From an uncultured Candidatus Rokubacteria bacterium (lineage in GTDB: Bacteria > Methylomirabilota > Methylomirabilia > Rokubacteriales > CSP1-6): a stretch of DNA of 64,000 nt. Location of the stretch: contig CAVWWD010000003.1 of assembly GCA_963758635.1 (NCBI GenBank), positions 928,001 to 992,000 on the forward strand, read 5' to 3'. A program made the position numbers and the translations under genes. The notes below the pieces were generated by a model that did no database searches, had not been told where the DNA came from, and worked only from the letters and a program-made list of their open reading frames with translations. The stretch's first letter is position 1; each line of letters starts with the position of its first letter. This document shows positions 30,635 through 40,968 of the stretch, piece after piece.

Positions 30635-31251
30635 CGGGGACGCCGCGCCCCTCGGTGGACGCCCCGCCGCGGCGCCGGCGCGTGCTCGTCGTCTGGTCGA
30701 TCCTCGCCGTGCTGGCCGGAGCCGCGGGGGTGATCGAGCTGCGGGACGTGATGGCCTCGCGCGCGGGGCGCGGCCCGACCATCGATGCCCGCCTCCTCGT
30801 CCCGGCGCCCGCGGCGGAGCTCGGCGCGCTCGAGATCGCCGCGGCGGGCACGCTCCACCGGTTCGAGCGCGACGAGGCCGGCGCGTGGTTCTCCCACGGC
30901 GTCCACACCGGCTCCGAGGGCGCTCACGCCCACGCCGCCGACGCCGGGACGGCGGCCCGGATCGAGCAGGTGGTGCAGGCGTTCGCGCGCACGCGCGTGG
31001 AACGACGGCTGCCTCCGGGCACCGACGCGCGCGCGCTGGGCCTGGCGAGCCCGCGCGTCCTCGTCCTGGTCTATCGCCGGGGCGAGCGGCAGCCGCTCGC
31101 GCAGTACGCGGTCGGCGACCTCGCGGCCGACACGCTCAGCCGCTACGTCGACGTGGTCGGAGGCGCGGGGATCGTCACGATTCCCGGCTACCAGATCGAC
31201 AACCTCATGACCCTCCTGGACGCCGCCCGGAGCGCTCCTGGCTCGCGATGA
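30631..31251 (+). CDS. Single DUF4340-like domain protein with His-rich loop
   Basis: N-terminal TM, HGVHTGSEGAHAH, ALGLASP, VGDLAADTLSRYV; same operon position as 4261-6027. Confidence 0.6.
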   Translation: MTGTPRPSVDAPPRRRRVLVVWSILAVLAGAAGVIELRDVMASRAGRGPTIDARLLVPAPAAELGALEIAAAGTLHRFERDEAGAWFSHGVHTGSEGAHAHAADAGTAARIEQVVQAFARTRVERRLPPGTDARALGLASPRVLVLVYRRGERQPLAQYAVGDLAADTLSRYVDVVGGAGIVTIPGYQIDNLMTLLDAARSAPGSR

Positions 31252-31341
31252 CCTGGCGCCAGAGGCGGTGCGCGAGCCTCGGGGTCTTCTGCCGATGACC
31301 TGGCGCCAGAGGCGGTGCGCGGCCCTCGTCGTCCTGGCCGT
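31248..31341. repeat. 47-bp tandem duplication of the HupE/UreJ gene start
   Basis: ATGACCTGGCGCCAGAGGCGGTGCGCG at 31248 and 31295. Confidence 0.88.
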
Positions 31342-32344
31342 GGCCGGCGGCGTGGCGCCGGCGCTCGCCCACGTGGGCGGCAGCACCGGCCACGCCGCGT
31401 TCGCCATCGACGGCGCCACGATTCGCTACACCCTCACGCTGTGGCCCGCCACCTTGCCGGCCCCGATCGCCGCCGACCTCCGGCGCGTCGTCCCGGGGGA
31501 GGCCCCGCCGGGGATCCTCGCCGCGTTGCCCGAGAAGGTGATTCTCGTCGCCGGGGGTGGGCGGTGCGGCGCGGGGACGGCGGCGGTGGAGAGCGGAGCG
31601 GGGGAGAGCGTGATCGTGCGGGTGGCCTTCACGTGCCCCGGCCCGGTGCGCGATCTCCTGGTCCGTGACGACCTGTTCGACGTCCTCGGCGCGGACCATC
31701 ACACGCTGGCCCGGATCGACGCTCACGGCCGCACCTGGCAGTTCGTGTTCTCGCCCGAGGCGCGCGAGGCGCGCGTGAGCGTCGACGCGGCCGGGTTCCG
31801 CGGCGTGGTGGGCTTCGTCGGCCTGGGCGTCGAGCACATCTTGACGGGGTACGATCACCTGCTGTTCCTGCTCTGCTTGCTGCTTCCCGGCGGGGGCATC
31901 GTGGCGCTGGCCAAGATCATCACCGCCTTCACCGTCGCCCATAGCGTCACGCTCTCGCTCGCCGTGCTCGACGTGGTGACGCTGCCCGAGCGGCTCATCG
32001 AGGCGGTGATCGCGCTGTCGATCGCCGCCGTGGCGGCCGAGAACCTCTTCCGCCGAGCCACCGTCACGCGGCGGTGGATCGTCAGCTTCGGCTTCGGGCT
32101 CGTCCACGGGTTCGGCTTTTCCTCGGCGCTCCGGGAGCTGGGTCTGCCCGCCCAGGGCTTGCTCCTGTCGCTCTTCGGGTTCAACGCCGGCGTCGAGCTG
32201 GGGCAGGCGCTCGTGGTCGCCGTCGCCCTGCCTGCCCTCGTGGCGCTGCGACGCACGAGCTACGAGCGGCGGGTCATCTGGAGCTCGTCGATGGCCATCC
32301 TGCTCGTCGGTCTCGCCCTCTTCGTCGAGCGCATGTTCCTCTGA
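31295..32344 (+). CDS. HupE/UreJ-family (HupE_UreJ_2) putative metal transporter
   Basis: Signal peptide ending ALA-H; GVEHILTGYDHLLFL, TAFTVAHSVTL, FGLVHGFGF, FNAGVELGQ. Confidence 0.88.
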   Translation: MTWRQRRCAALVVLAVAGGVAPALAHVGGSTGHAAFAIDGATIRYTLTLWPATLPAPIAADLRRVVPGEAPPGILAALPEKVILVAGGGRCGAGTAAVESGAGESVIVRVAFTCPGPVRDLLVRDDLFDVLGADHHTLARIDAHGRTWQFVFSPEAREARVSVDAAGFRGVVGFVGLGVEHILTGYDHLLFLLCLLLPGGGIVALAKIITAFTVAHSVTLSLAVLDVVTLPERLIEAVIALSIAAVAAENLFRRATVTRRWIVSFGFGLVHGFGFSSALRELGLPAQGLLLSLFGFNAGVELGQALVVAVALPALVALRRTSYERRVIWSSSMAILLVGLALFVERMFL

Positions 32345-32426
32345 CGCGAACGCGCGCCGCCGCCCGGGCCACGCGCGGGCGGCCGGGCGCCGGAGGGCCG
32401 CGGAGCGGCGTGCTAGGATGCAGCAC

Positions 32427-34029
<1,603 letters not shown>

Positions 34030-34110
34030 CCGACCCCGACCGCGCCCGCCCACCGCGGACGCGTCTTCCTTCGGTCGTCCGCTCCGCCCCGGTCGCCCCG
34101 TCCGATTTTA

Positions 34111-34128
34111 ATTGGTTGACTGACCAAT
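34111..34128. promoter_or_regulatory. Palindromic operator upstream of the TetR gene
   Basis: ATTGGT-N6-ACCAAT overlapping TTGACT in a locally AT-rich patch. Confidence 0.6.
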
Positions 34129-34177
34129 CAAGATAAGCGAGCGTACGGGGGTGGCGACCGGAGTGCTTGGGCCACCG

Positions 34178-34212
34178 CCCCTCACCCTACCCTCTCCCCG
34201 GAGGGGAGAGGG
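34178..34212. repeat. BoxC-like extragenic palindromic element
   Basis: CCCCTCACCCTACCCTCTCCCCGGAGGGGAGAGGG: pyrimidine tail plus CCCTCTCCCC/GGGGAGAGGG hairpin. Confidence 0.65.
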
Positions 34213-34254
34213 TCATGAGGAGCCGGCCTTCGGCCGGGCTGTGGTCGGGGCCGC

Positions 34255-34869
34255 ATGAGTCCGAAGCGAGGGGTGGCGCCGGCGCGCCGCGCGGCCATCG
34301 TGGCCGCGACCATCCGGTGCCTCGCGCGGGACGGCTACGCGGGCCTGACGATGAAACGCGTGGCCGCCGAGGCCGGGCTCAGCCAGGGCATCCTCCACTA
34401 CTACTTCGCGGACAAGCGGGCCATCCTCGCCGCCGCCGCGCTGGCCGTCACCGACGACCTCGACCGCCGCGTGGCCGAGGCGGCGCGCGGCGCGCGAGGG
34501 GCCCGGGCCCGGCTTCGCGCCCTCGTCCGCGCGTGCCTGGTGGTGGCGGCGAAGGACCGCGACGCGTGGACAGTGTTCATCGAGTTCTGGGGCGAGACGC
34601 TCCACGATCCCGAGCTCGCCGCGCTGAACGCGCGGACCTACGCGCGGACGCGCCGCCTCATCGGGCGCCTCGTCGCCGCGGGCATCGCCGAGGGGGTCTT
34701 CCGGCGCGCGCGCGTCGAGGAGGCCTCGGCGGTCGTCCTGGCCCTGCTGGACGGGATGTCGCTCCAGCTCACGTTCGACGCGGAGGTCATGACGGTGGCG
34801 CGGGCCGCCCGCATCACCGAGGAGGCGCTCTCCGCGTGCCTTGGACCTCGAGCATCACGAAGGATGTGA
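34255..34869 (+). CDS. TetR family regulator (BetI-like)
   Basis: GYAGLTMKRVAAEAGLSQGILHYYFADK helix-turn-helix. Confidence 0.92.
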   Translation: MSPKRGVAPARRAAIVAATIRCLARDGYAGLTMKRVAAEAGLSQGILHYYFADKRAILAAAALAVTDDLDRRVAEAARGARGARARLRALVRACLVVAAKDRDAWTVFIEFWGETLHDPELAALNARTYARTRRLIGRLVAAGIAEGVFRRARVEEASAVVLALLDGMSLQLTFDAEVMTVARAARITEEALSACLGPRASRRM

Positions 34870-34904
34870 AGCCATTGCTTCACCACTCTGACGAGGAGAT
34901 CACG

Positions 34905-35486
34905 ATGACGCTCAGACCGGAGCAGATCAGGGCACGGCAGTACTTCGAGGAGAAGGGCAGCCGCCTGCCCGTGGCGGAGATCCGGACCCGGCTCGCCGCC
35001 GCCTTCCGGACTCTGGAGGATCTCCTCGCCACGGTCGACGAGGCGACGGCGCGCCGGCGAACGATCCCGGCCGCGTGGACCGTGCACGAGGTGGTGGACC
35101 ATCTGGTCGAGACCCATCGCCCGAGCGTCGCCGAGCTGCGCGAGCTCCTCGCCGGGCGGCGCCCGTCCGGGGCGCCCATCCCCGCCGGGCTCCAGTCGCG
35201 CGCGCCGATGGAGCGGCGCTGGGCGGACCTCGTGGGCGAGCTCGGCGCCCTGCACGCGGAGACCCTGGCCGCGCTGGCCGGCGCCACCGACGCGACCCCC
35301 ACCGCGGCGCGCGCGCCGATCGTCATGGTGGTCAACGTCCGGGAACCGGACGGACGGGAAGCGCCACTGCACTGGATCGAGGAGCTCGACTGGAAGGCGT
35401 ACGCGGCGGTGGCGTTCCGACTGCACGTGCTGGACCACCTGAGCCAGGTGCGGAAGACCCTCGCCGCGGGGCGAAGCGCGGCATGA
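34905..35486 (+). CDS. DinB family protein
   Basis: WTVHEVVDHL and HVLDH motifs; SD GAGGAG. Confidence 0.8.
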   Translation: MTLRPEQIRARQYFEEKGSRLPVAEIRTRLAAAFRTLEDLLATVDEATARRRTIPAAWTVHEVVDHLVETHRPSVAELRELLAGRRPSGAPIPAGLQSRAPMERRWADLVGELGALHAETLAALAGATDATPTAARAPIVMVVNVREPDGREAPLHWIEELDWKAYAAVAFRLHVLDHLSQVRKTLAAGRSAA

Positions 35487-35574
35487 GCGCTCCTCCCGCC
35501 GACCTGGTCGCGCTGCTGGACGGGCCACCACACCGTGACGTACTTCCGGCCGGACGCAGCGACCGCGGAGGCGG

Positions 35575-37116
35575 CTACCCCTCGATGAAGGCGTCCCACC
35601 AGCGGCGCTCCGGCTCGCCTGGCGCCTCGAGGATCTGCGGCTTCTCGCCGAGCTCGAGCGTGGCGCGCCGCGGCGGCGCGTAGGGCGGCCACTCGGGAAG
35701 CCCCGGGCTCACCGGGCGCCCGGAGCGCGCGAACGCCAGCCAGGCGTCCTGCATCTTCCCGGACAGCTCGCGGGCTGCCGCCGTGCGCCCGGCGATGGCC
35801 CCGACCTCCGACCGGTCGAGCGTGCCGAACACGAACGGCAGCTCGAGCGCGTGGACCGCGCCCTGCGGCTTGCCCGGCGTCGCCGCTCGCCACGCAAACT
35901 GGTACACGAACACCTCCGGCGTGTGGGCGGCGTGGAGCTCGGCCAGCTTGAGCGCTCCCGCGCGGAAGGTGTGGTCGGTGGACATGGCGAGCCACGTCTC
36001 CACCGGAGATGCGTCGTCTCCGCGCTCGGCCCGCGCCTGGCGATAGACCTCGGCCGCGCGCTCGGCGTGCGGCCGGCCGTCCGCGTCCGCGCCGGGGAAG
36101 AGCGCGCGGCAGCGCTCGACCAGCGCCGCGCCGTCCAGCGTCTCGAGGGACGGATCGAGGAAGCGGTAGAGCTTCATCTCCTCGAGGTTCGTGCCCACGA
36201 TCAACGGCACGCCGCGGGCCGAGCCGGACCGGATCGCGTCGAACGGGCGCGCGGAAATGACGTCGCCGTCGACGACGGGCGAGAACGGCGGGATGACCAT
36301 GCGTCCCGCGACCGCGTTCTGCGCCGCGACCAGGTCGGTGGCGGGCACGTCCCGGAGCCGGCCGGCCTGCTCGGCGGGAATCCCGAGGTGCTCGAGGATG
36401 CGCCGCGTCGTGGCGAGCGCCGTCTCCGGCGGCCGCGTCAGGTTCAGCGACCCGCTCTCGAGCACCGCCCTGTGGAAGAGGCCGCGCGCCCGGGGCATCG
36501 TGAGGAGGCAGGCGATGTTGACCGATCCCGCGGACTCGCCGAACACCGTGACGTTGCCGGGATCGCCCCCGAAGGCCGCGATCTCGTCCCGCACCCACGC
36601 GAGCGCGGCGAGCTGGTCCAGCATCGCCTCGTTGCCCGTGCAGTCGAGGCCGGCCCCGAGCTCCCGGCCGCGCAGGAAGCCGAACGGCCCGAGCCGGTAG
36701 TTGATCGTCACGATCACGGCGTCGCCGCGCTCGGCGAGGCTCGCGCCGTCGTAGGTCGGCTCGGAGCCGGCGCCGATGATCCAGGCGCCCCCGTGGATCC
36801 ACACCAGGACGGGACGCCGCCGCCCGTCGCCCGGCCCCGGCGTCCAGACGTTCAGGGTGAGGCAGTCCTCGCTCTGCTCGGGAACGATGATGCCGAGGAT
36901 CGGCGCCAGCGGCCGGTTGGCCTGGTACGAGCCCGGGCCGAATCGCGTCGCGTCGCGGACGCCCTCCCAGGACGCGGCGCGCTCGGGCGGGCGGAAGCGC
37001 AGCGGGCCCACCGGCGGCGCCGCGAATGGGATGCCGCGGAATGCGGCGATGCCGCCCTCCGCCGTGCCCCGGAGCTTGCCGTAGCTCGTCGATGCCACCG
37101 GGCTGGACGCGGCCAT
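35575..37116 (-). CDS. Type-B carboxylesterase
   Basis: FRGIPFAAPP, SEDCLTLNVW, WIHGG, FGESAG, HALELPFVF. Confidence 0.95.
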   Translation of the reverse strand: MAASSPVASTSYGKLRGTAEGGIAAFRGIPFAAPPVGPLRFRPPERAASWEGVRDATRFGPGSYQANRPLAPILGIIVPEQSEDCLTLNVWTPGPGDGRRRPVLVWIHGGAWIIGAGSEPTYDGASLAERGDAVIVTINYRLGPFGFLRGRELGAGLDCTGNEAMLDQLAALAWVRDEIAAFGGDPGNVTVFGESAGSVNIACLLTMPRARGLFHRAVLESGSLNLTRPPETALATTRRILEHLGIPAEQAGRLRDVPATDLVAAQNAVAGRMVIPPFSPVVDGDVISARPFDAIRSGSARGVPLIVGTNLEEMKLYRFLDPSLETLDGAALVERCRALFPGADADGRPHAERAAEVYRQARAERGDDASPVETWLAMSTDHTFRAGALKLAELHAAHTPEVFVYQFAWRAATPGKPQGAVHALELPFVFGTLDRSEVGAIAGRTAAARELSGKMQDAWLAFARSGRPVSPGLPEWPPYAPPRRATLELGEKPQILEAPGEPERRWWDAFIEG

Positions 37117-37142
37117 GACGATCGTCGTCGGGCGCGTCGTGC

Positions 37143-37562
37143 TCAGGCGTGAGCGCCGTGACCGGCGGGCAGCTGGGCCAGCTCGATCAGGACGTTGCCC
37201 GTCGCGGCGGGGTCGATGAAGGCGATGCGCGAGCCTCCGTGGCCGATGCGCGGCGTCTCGTCGCGGAGCTTCACGCCCTTGGCCTTGAGCTCGGCGAGCG
37301 CGGCGTCGATGTCCTCCACCTCGAAGCAGATGTGGAAGAGCCCGGGTCCCTTCTCCTCGATCCAGCGCGTCACGCCGGACTCCGGACCCTGGCCCTCGAG
37401 CAGCTCGATGTAGGTCTCGCCCACCGGCAGCATGGCGAGGCGGGTCTGTCCGATCTGCTCCTCGTACTCGAGGGGCAGGCCGAAGGTGTCCCGCAAGAGG
37501 TCGATCGACTGGCGGAGCGAGTTGACGGCGATGGCGACGTGCTCGACGCGCTTGATCTTCAT
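37143..37562 (-). CDS. Methylmalonyl-CoA epimerase-like VOC protein
   Basis: EHVAIAV, IELL, GPGLFHICFEV, GNVLIEL. Confidence 0.85.
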   Translation of the reverse strand: MKIKRVEHVAIAVNSLRQSIDLLRDTFGLPLEYEEQIGQTRLAMLPVGETYIELLEGQGPESGVTRWIEEKGPGLFHICFEVEDIDAALAELKAKGVKLRDETPRIGHGGSRIAFIDPAATGNVLIELAQLPAGHGAHA

Positions 37563-37665
37563 GGAATCTCTCCGGCGCGCCCCCATGGCCTCGGGAGCGT
37601 CGGCCCGAGGCGATGCTGTCACGGCAGTCGGCGGAGGGTCAAGGCCGCTCCGACGACCCGCCGAG

Positions 37666-38406
37666 CTACCGGACGAGGATTCCCAGGGCGTCGCCGCGCA
37701 GCATCGCGACCAGGCTCGCGGCCACGGTGTGAATGTCCTCGGAGGGGACCACGCGCGGCCGCGAGGTGAGCTCGAACACGCCGGCGCGCGAGCGCACCGT
37801 GAAGCCCATGGTGCGGCCCGTGCTGCCCCGCGGCGGGCGGGTCACGCGGACGCGCGTGGCGTCGAGCCCCGGCCCCGCGAGCGCGGCGGCTACCGCCACG
37901 TTGACGCCCTCGGAAAAGCGGAGCGCGACCTCGCGCGCCGTGCCCTCGAAGAGCAGCTCGCGCTCGGGCTGATCGCCGGGCCCGAGGTCCACGAAGACCG
38001 CAAGATCCTCGAGGCCGCCGGCCATCGCGGCGGCGATGCCGTCGAACCCCGCGAAGGCGCCCGGCGCAATGCGGAGCGCGTGGCCGGTCGCCGCCGAGAC
38101 GCGGCGCACCTCGCGCTCGAGCGCGGCGTCGCCCAGGGGAATGGGGCTCACCGCCCAGACCTCCGCGCGCTCGAGCGCGGCCGGCACGAGGGCGCGAAAC
38201 GCCGCGGGTCCCGCGGCCTCGACGATCAGGTCGTGCCGCGCGGCGAGGAAGGCGGCGGGATCGGCGCCCACGGGGAACCCGTCGAGGTCGCGCGTCGATC
38301 GTGCCAGCACCGCGGTCAGTACGTGTGGTCCTGCGGCGCCCGCGCGGAGAGCCCGGGCCACGGGACGGCCGATCGCCCCGCACCCGATCACGCCGACGGC
38401 GCTCAC
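37666..38406 (-). CDS. Aspartate dehydrogenase (NadX)-like protein
   Basis: IGCGAIG, IVEAAG, PGAFAGFD, FEGTAREVA, NVAVAAALAG. Confidence 0.7.
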   Translation of the reverse strand: MSAVGVIGCGAIGRPVARALRAGAAGPHVLTAVLARSTRDLDGFPVGADPAAFLAARHDLIVEAAGPAAFRALVPAALERAEVWAVSPIPLGDAALEREVRRVSAATGHALRIAPGAFAGFDGIAAAMAGGLEDLAVFVDLGPGDQPERELLFEGTAREVALRFSEGVNVAVAAALAGPGLDATRVRVTRPPRGSTGRTMGFTVRSRAGVFELTSRPRVVPSEDIHTVAASLVAMLRGDALGILVR

Positions 38407-38519
38407 CGATCCGGCCGCTCAGAGGTTGGGAAGCAATGCGGATTTCGACTTCGCCATGCGGGCCAACACCGCGATTCCGCGTACACACGCGGCGCCCCGT
38501 CACCACTCATCACAAGCTC

Positions 38520-39134
38520 TCAGCCGAGCATCGCCAGCGTCTGATCCAGCGTGCGGATGCGCGCGTACATCTTCATCGACGTGTCGAGGCTGTAGGCGTG
38601 GGCGGCGGCGTCGCCGCCCCAGCAGCACTCGCGCACCACCACGGTGTCGAGGTCCATGCTGAAGGCCTCGCGCACGCTCGTCTCCACGCCGCGGTTCGTC
38701 GCGCCTCCGCCGATGACGAGCGCGGTCCGGCGCAGCAGCCGTAGTATCTCGGCGACGCCGGTGCCGTAGAACGCGCTCGGCCGCCGCTTGAGGAAGACGT
38801 AGTCCTCGGGCCGAGGGGCGATCTCGTCGGGGAAGCCCGCCTCCGGCGTGCCCTCGACGCAGTTGGTGAGCGACGGCACGCCGGTCGCGACGCTCAGGTC
38901 GGTGGGCAGGAGCACCACGTCGGCGCCGTCCGCCCGGCTGACCGGCGTGGTGTAGACGATCGGCATCCCGCGGGCCCGGCAGGCGCCGATCAGGCTCACC
39001 CAGGCGTCCAGCACCGGGCGCATCGCCGCGCGGCGCGCGGGATCCGACGGGGTGAGGGCGCGGCGGCACGCGTCGTAGACGATGAGCGCGGCGCGAGCGG
39101 TGTCGATGCGGTCGGCGGCGGCGGGGCGGCTCAT
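38520..39134 (-). CDS. Isochorismatase-family hydrolase
   Basis: ALIVYD, KRRPSAFYGT, GGATNRGVETSVREA. Confidence 0.85.
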   Translation of the reverse strand: MSRPAAADRIDTARAALIVYDACRRALTPSDPARRAAMRPVLDAWVSLIGACRARGMPIVYTTPVSRADGADVVLLPTDLSVATGVPSLTNCVEGTPEAGFPDEIAPRPEDYVFLKRRPSAFYGTGVAEILRLLRRTALVIGGGATNRGVETSVREAFSMDLDTVVVRECCWGGDAAAHAYSLDTSMKMYARIRTLDQTLAMLG

Positions 39135-39281
39135 GGGCCGATTGTACGGCACCGGGCCGGGTGATCGGCGCCTTGACCGGTCGGTCTCGAGCGCGGCAGT
39201 ATCTCCACCATGGCCGGCGCCGTCGGATCGCGCGCCGCCATCGCTCAGCCGTCAACGTCGCCCACACCAAGGAGCTTGAGC

Positions 39282-39478
39282 ATGGAGAGGAAGCGCGTGT
39301 TCGGGACGGGGGAGAGCTGCTCGTCCACCAGCTCGTGGCGCAGGGGGTCAATTACGCGTTCACCAACACGGGGAGCGCCGAGGCCGGCTTCTTCAACGGT
39401 CTCCTCACCGTCCCCGGCGTGCAGCCGATCCTCCTCCTCGCCGAGTCGCTGGTGCTGTCCGCCTCGGACGGCCAATGA
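39282..39478 (+). pseudogene. Truncated N-terminus of a TPP-binding enzyme
   Basis: SD AAGGAG; GGELLVHQLVAQGVNYAFTNTGSAE and ESLVLSASDG, then a stop with no continuation. Confidence 0.7.
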
Positions 39479-39551
39479 ACGTTGACCCTGAACAGCCCGT
39501 TTGTCCGCTGAGCCCGTTCAGCCCTGGGCTCGGATAGGCCGCGCCCCGATC

Positions 39552-40952
39552 ATGGCGTCGCTGAGCCGGCAGCTCGCGCGGTGGGTGGCCGGCCTCCGGT
39601 TCGAGGACCTTCCCGCGGAGGTCGTCGATCGCGCGAAGGGCGTGACGCTCCAGGCGCTCGCCTCGGCCCTCCTGGGCTCCCGCACGGCCGCCGGCCAGCA
39701 GGCCATCGCCTTCGCCGCCGAGGAGGACGCGGGCGTGCGGGCGGGCGCCACCATCCTGGTGGACGGCCGCACGGTGACCCGCGGCAGCGCCGGCTTCGCC
39801 AACTCCGAGCTGGTCTTCGCGGGCGGCAAGTGGGACACGTTCCGGATGCTGACCCATCCAGGCACCAGCATCGTGCCGAGCGCGCTGGTCGCCGCCGAGA
39901 CGGCCGGCGCGTCGGGGCGGGACTTCCTCGCCGGCATCGCCGCGGGCTACGAGGTCATGGAGCGCATGGCCGCGGAGTTCATCCCCACCGTGATGGCACG
40001 GGGCTTCCACGCCGGGCCGGTGTTCGGCATCTTCGGCGCGACGGTGGCGGCGGCGAAGATCCTCGGGCTCACCGAGGATCAGGTGCAGAGCGCGATCGCG
40101 CTCTGCGCGAGCCTGGCCGGCGGCAACCTCGAGGGGCCGCGGGGCGGGGGCCGCGCGCTCCGCGAGGGCGCGGCGGTGCGGAACGCCATGCTCGCGATCG
40201 CCCTCGCGCGCCAGGGCCACGTCGCGGGCGAGACCGTCCTCGAGGGCGACGCCGGGTTCTATCACGCGTACGCGGGGAGCAACACCGGCGCGCTGACCTA
40301 CAGCTTCGTCGGCGACACGCGGGCGCGCCTCGACGGGATCGCCGCCGGGCTCGGGCAGGAGTGGCTGTTCCTCGAGACCCTCTATCGCATCTACTCGACG
40401 GCCGGGTACAACATCGCCCACGTCGACGTGACGGCCCGGCTCTGCGAGGAGCACGACATCCGGCCCGCCGACGTGGAGCGGATCGAGGCGGTGGTCAACT
40501 GGCTCGAGACCCAGTATCCGAGCCCGGCCTTCCCGAGCCGCCGGGAGGACCTCGAGACGCGGGTGGGCGGCACGACCTACTACACCGCCTACGGCTGCGT
40601 GAAGCGCGGCTTCCCGGTGCTGCGCGGCCACGCCGGCGACCCCGAGGCCGGCGACGATCCGCCCGAGGTGCTCGACCTCATGAGGCGCGTCACGCTGGTC
40701 CCGTCGCACCACATGACGCTCTTCGGGCCGTGCATCACCATCCACACGCGGGACGGCAAGAGCTACACCCGGCAGGGGACGGGGCGCGAGTTCATGTGGG
40801 ACTTCGACGAGGAGGCCCGGCGGATCCGCGCCGTGATTCCCGGCCTTCCCATCCCGGCCGCGCGGTTCGAGGAGATCGTCGCGGCCTGCCGCGACCTCGA
40901 CCGTGAGGACCGGGCCGACCGCCTCGTCCGCCTCACGCTGGCCTCGCCCTGA
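39552..40952 (+). CDS. MmgE/PrpD family protein
   Basis: LRFEDLPAEVVDRAK, THPG, RGFH, VLEGDAGFY. Confidence 0.88.
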   Translation: MASLSRQLARWVAGLRFEDLPAEVVDRAKGVTLQALASALLGSRTAAGQQAIAFAAEEDAGVRAGATILVDGRTVTRGSAGFANSELVFAGGKWDTFRMLTHPGTSIVPSALVAAETAGASGRDFLAGIAAGYEVMERMAAEFIPTVMARGFHAGPVFGIFGATVAAAKILGLTEDQVQSAIALCASLAGGNLEGPRGGGRALREGAAVRNAMLAIALARQGHVAGETVLEGDAGFYHAYAGSNTGALTYSFVGDTRARLDGIAAGLGQEWLFLETLYRIYSTAGYNIAHVDVTARLCEEHDIRPADVERIEAVVNWLETQYPSPAFPSRREDLETRVGGTTYYTAYGCVKRGFPVLRGHAGDPEAGDDPPEVLDLMRRVTLVPSHHMTLFGPCITIHTRDGKSYTRQGTGREFMWDFDEEARRIRAVIPGLPIPAARFEEIVAACRDLDREDRADRLVRLTLASP

Positions 40953-40968
40953 AGGCCGGCGTCGTCAG

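Noticed and set aside
39476..39478. TGA ending the TPP stub as a fourth Sec codon
   Set aside because: Not at a Cys-equivalent position, and the downstream frame shows no TPP-enzyme similarity
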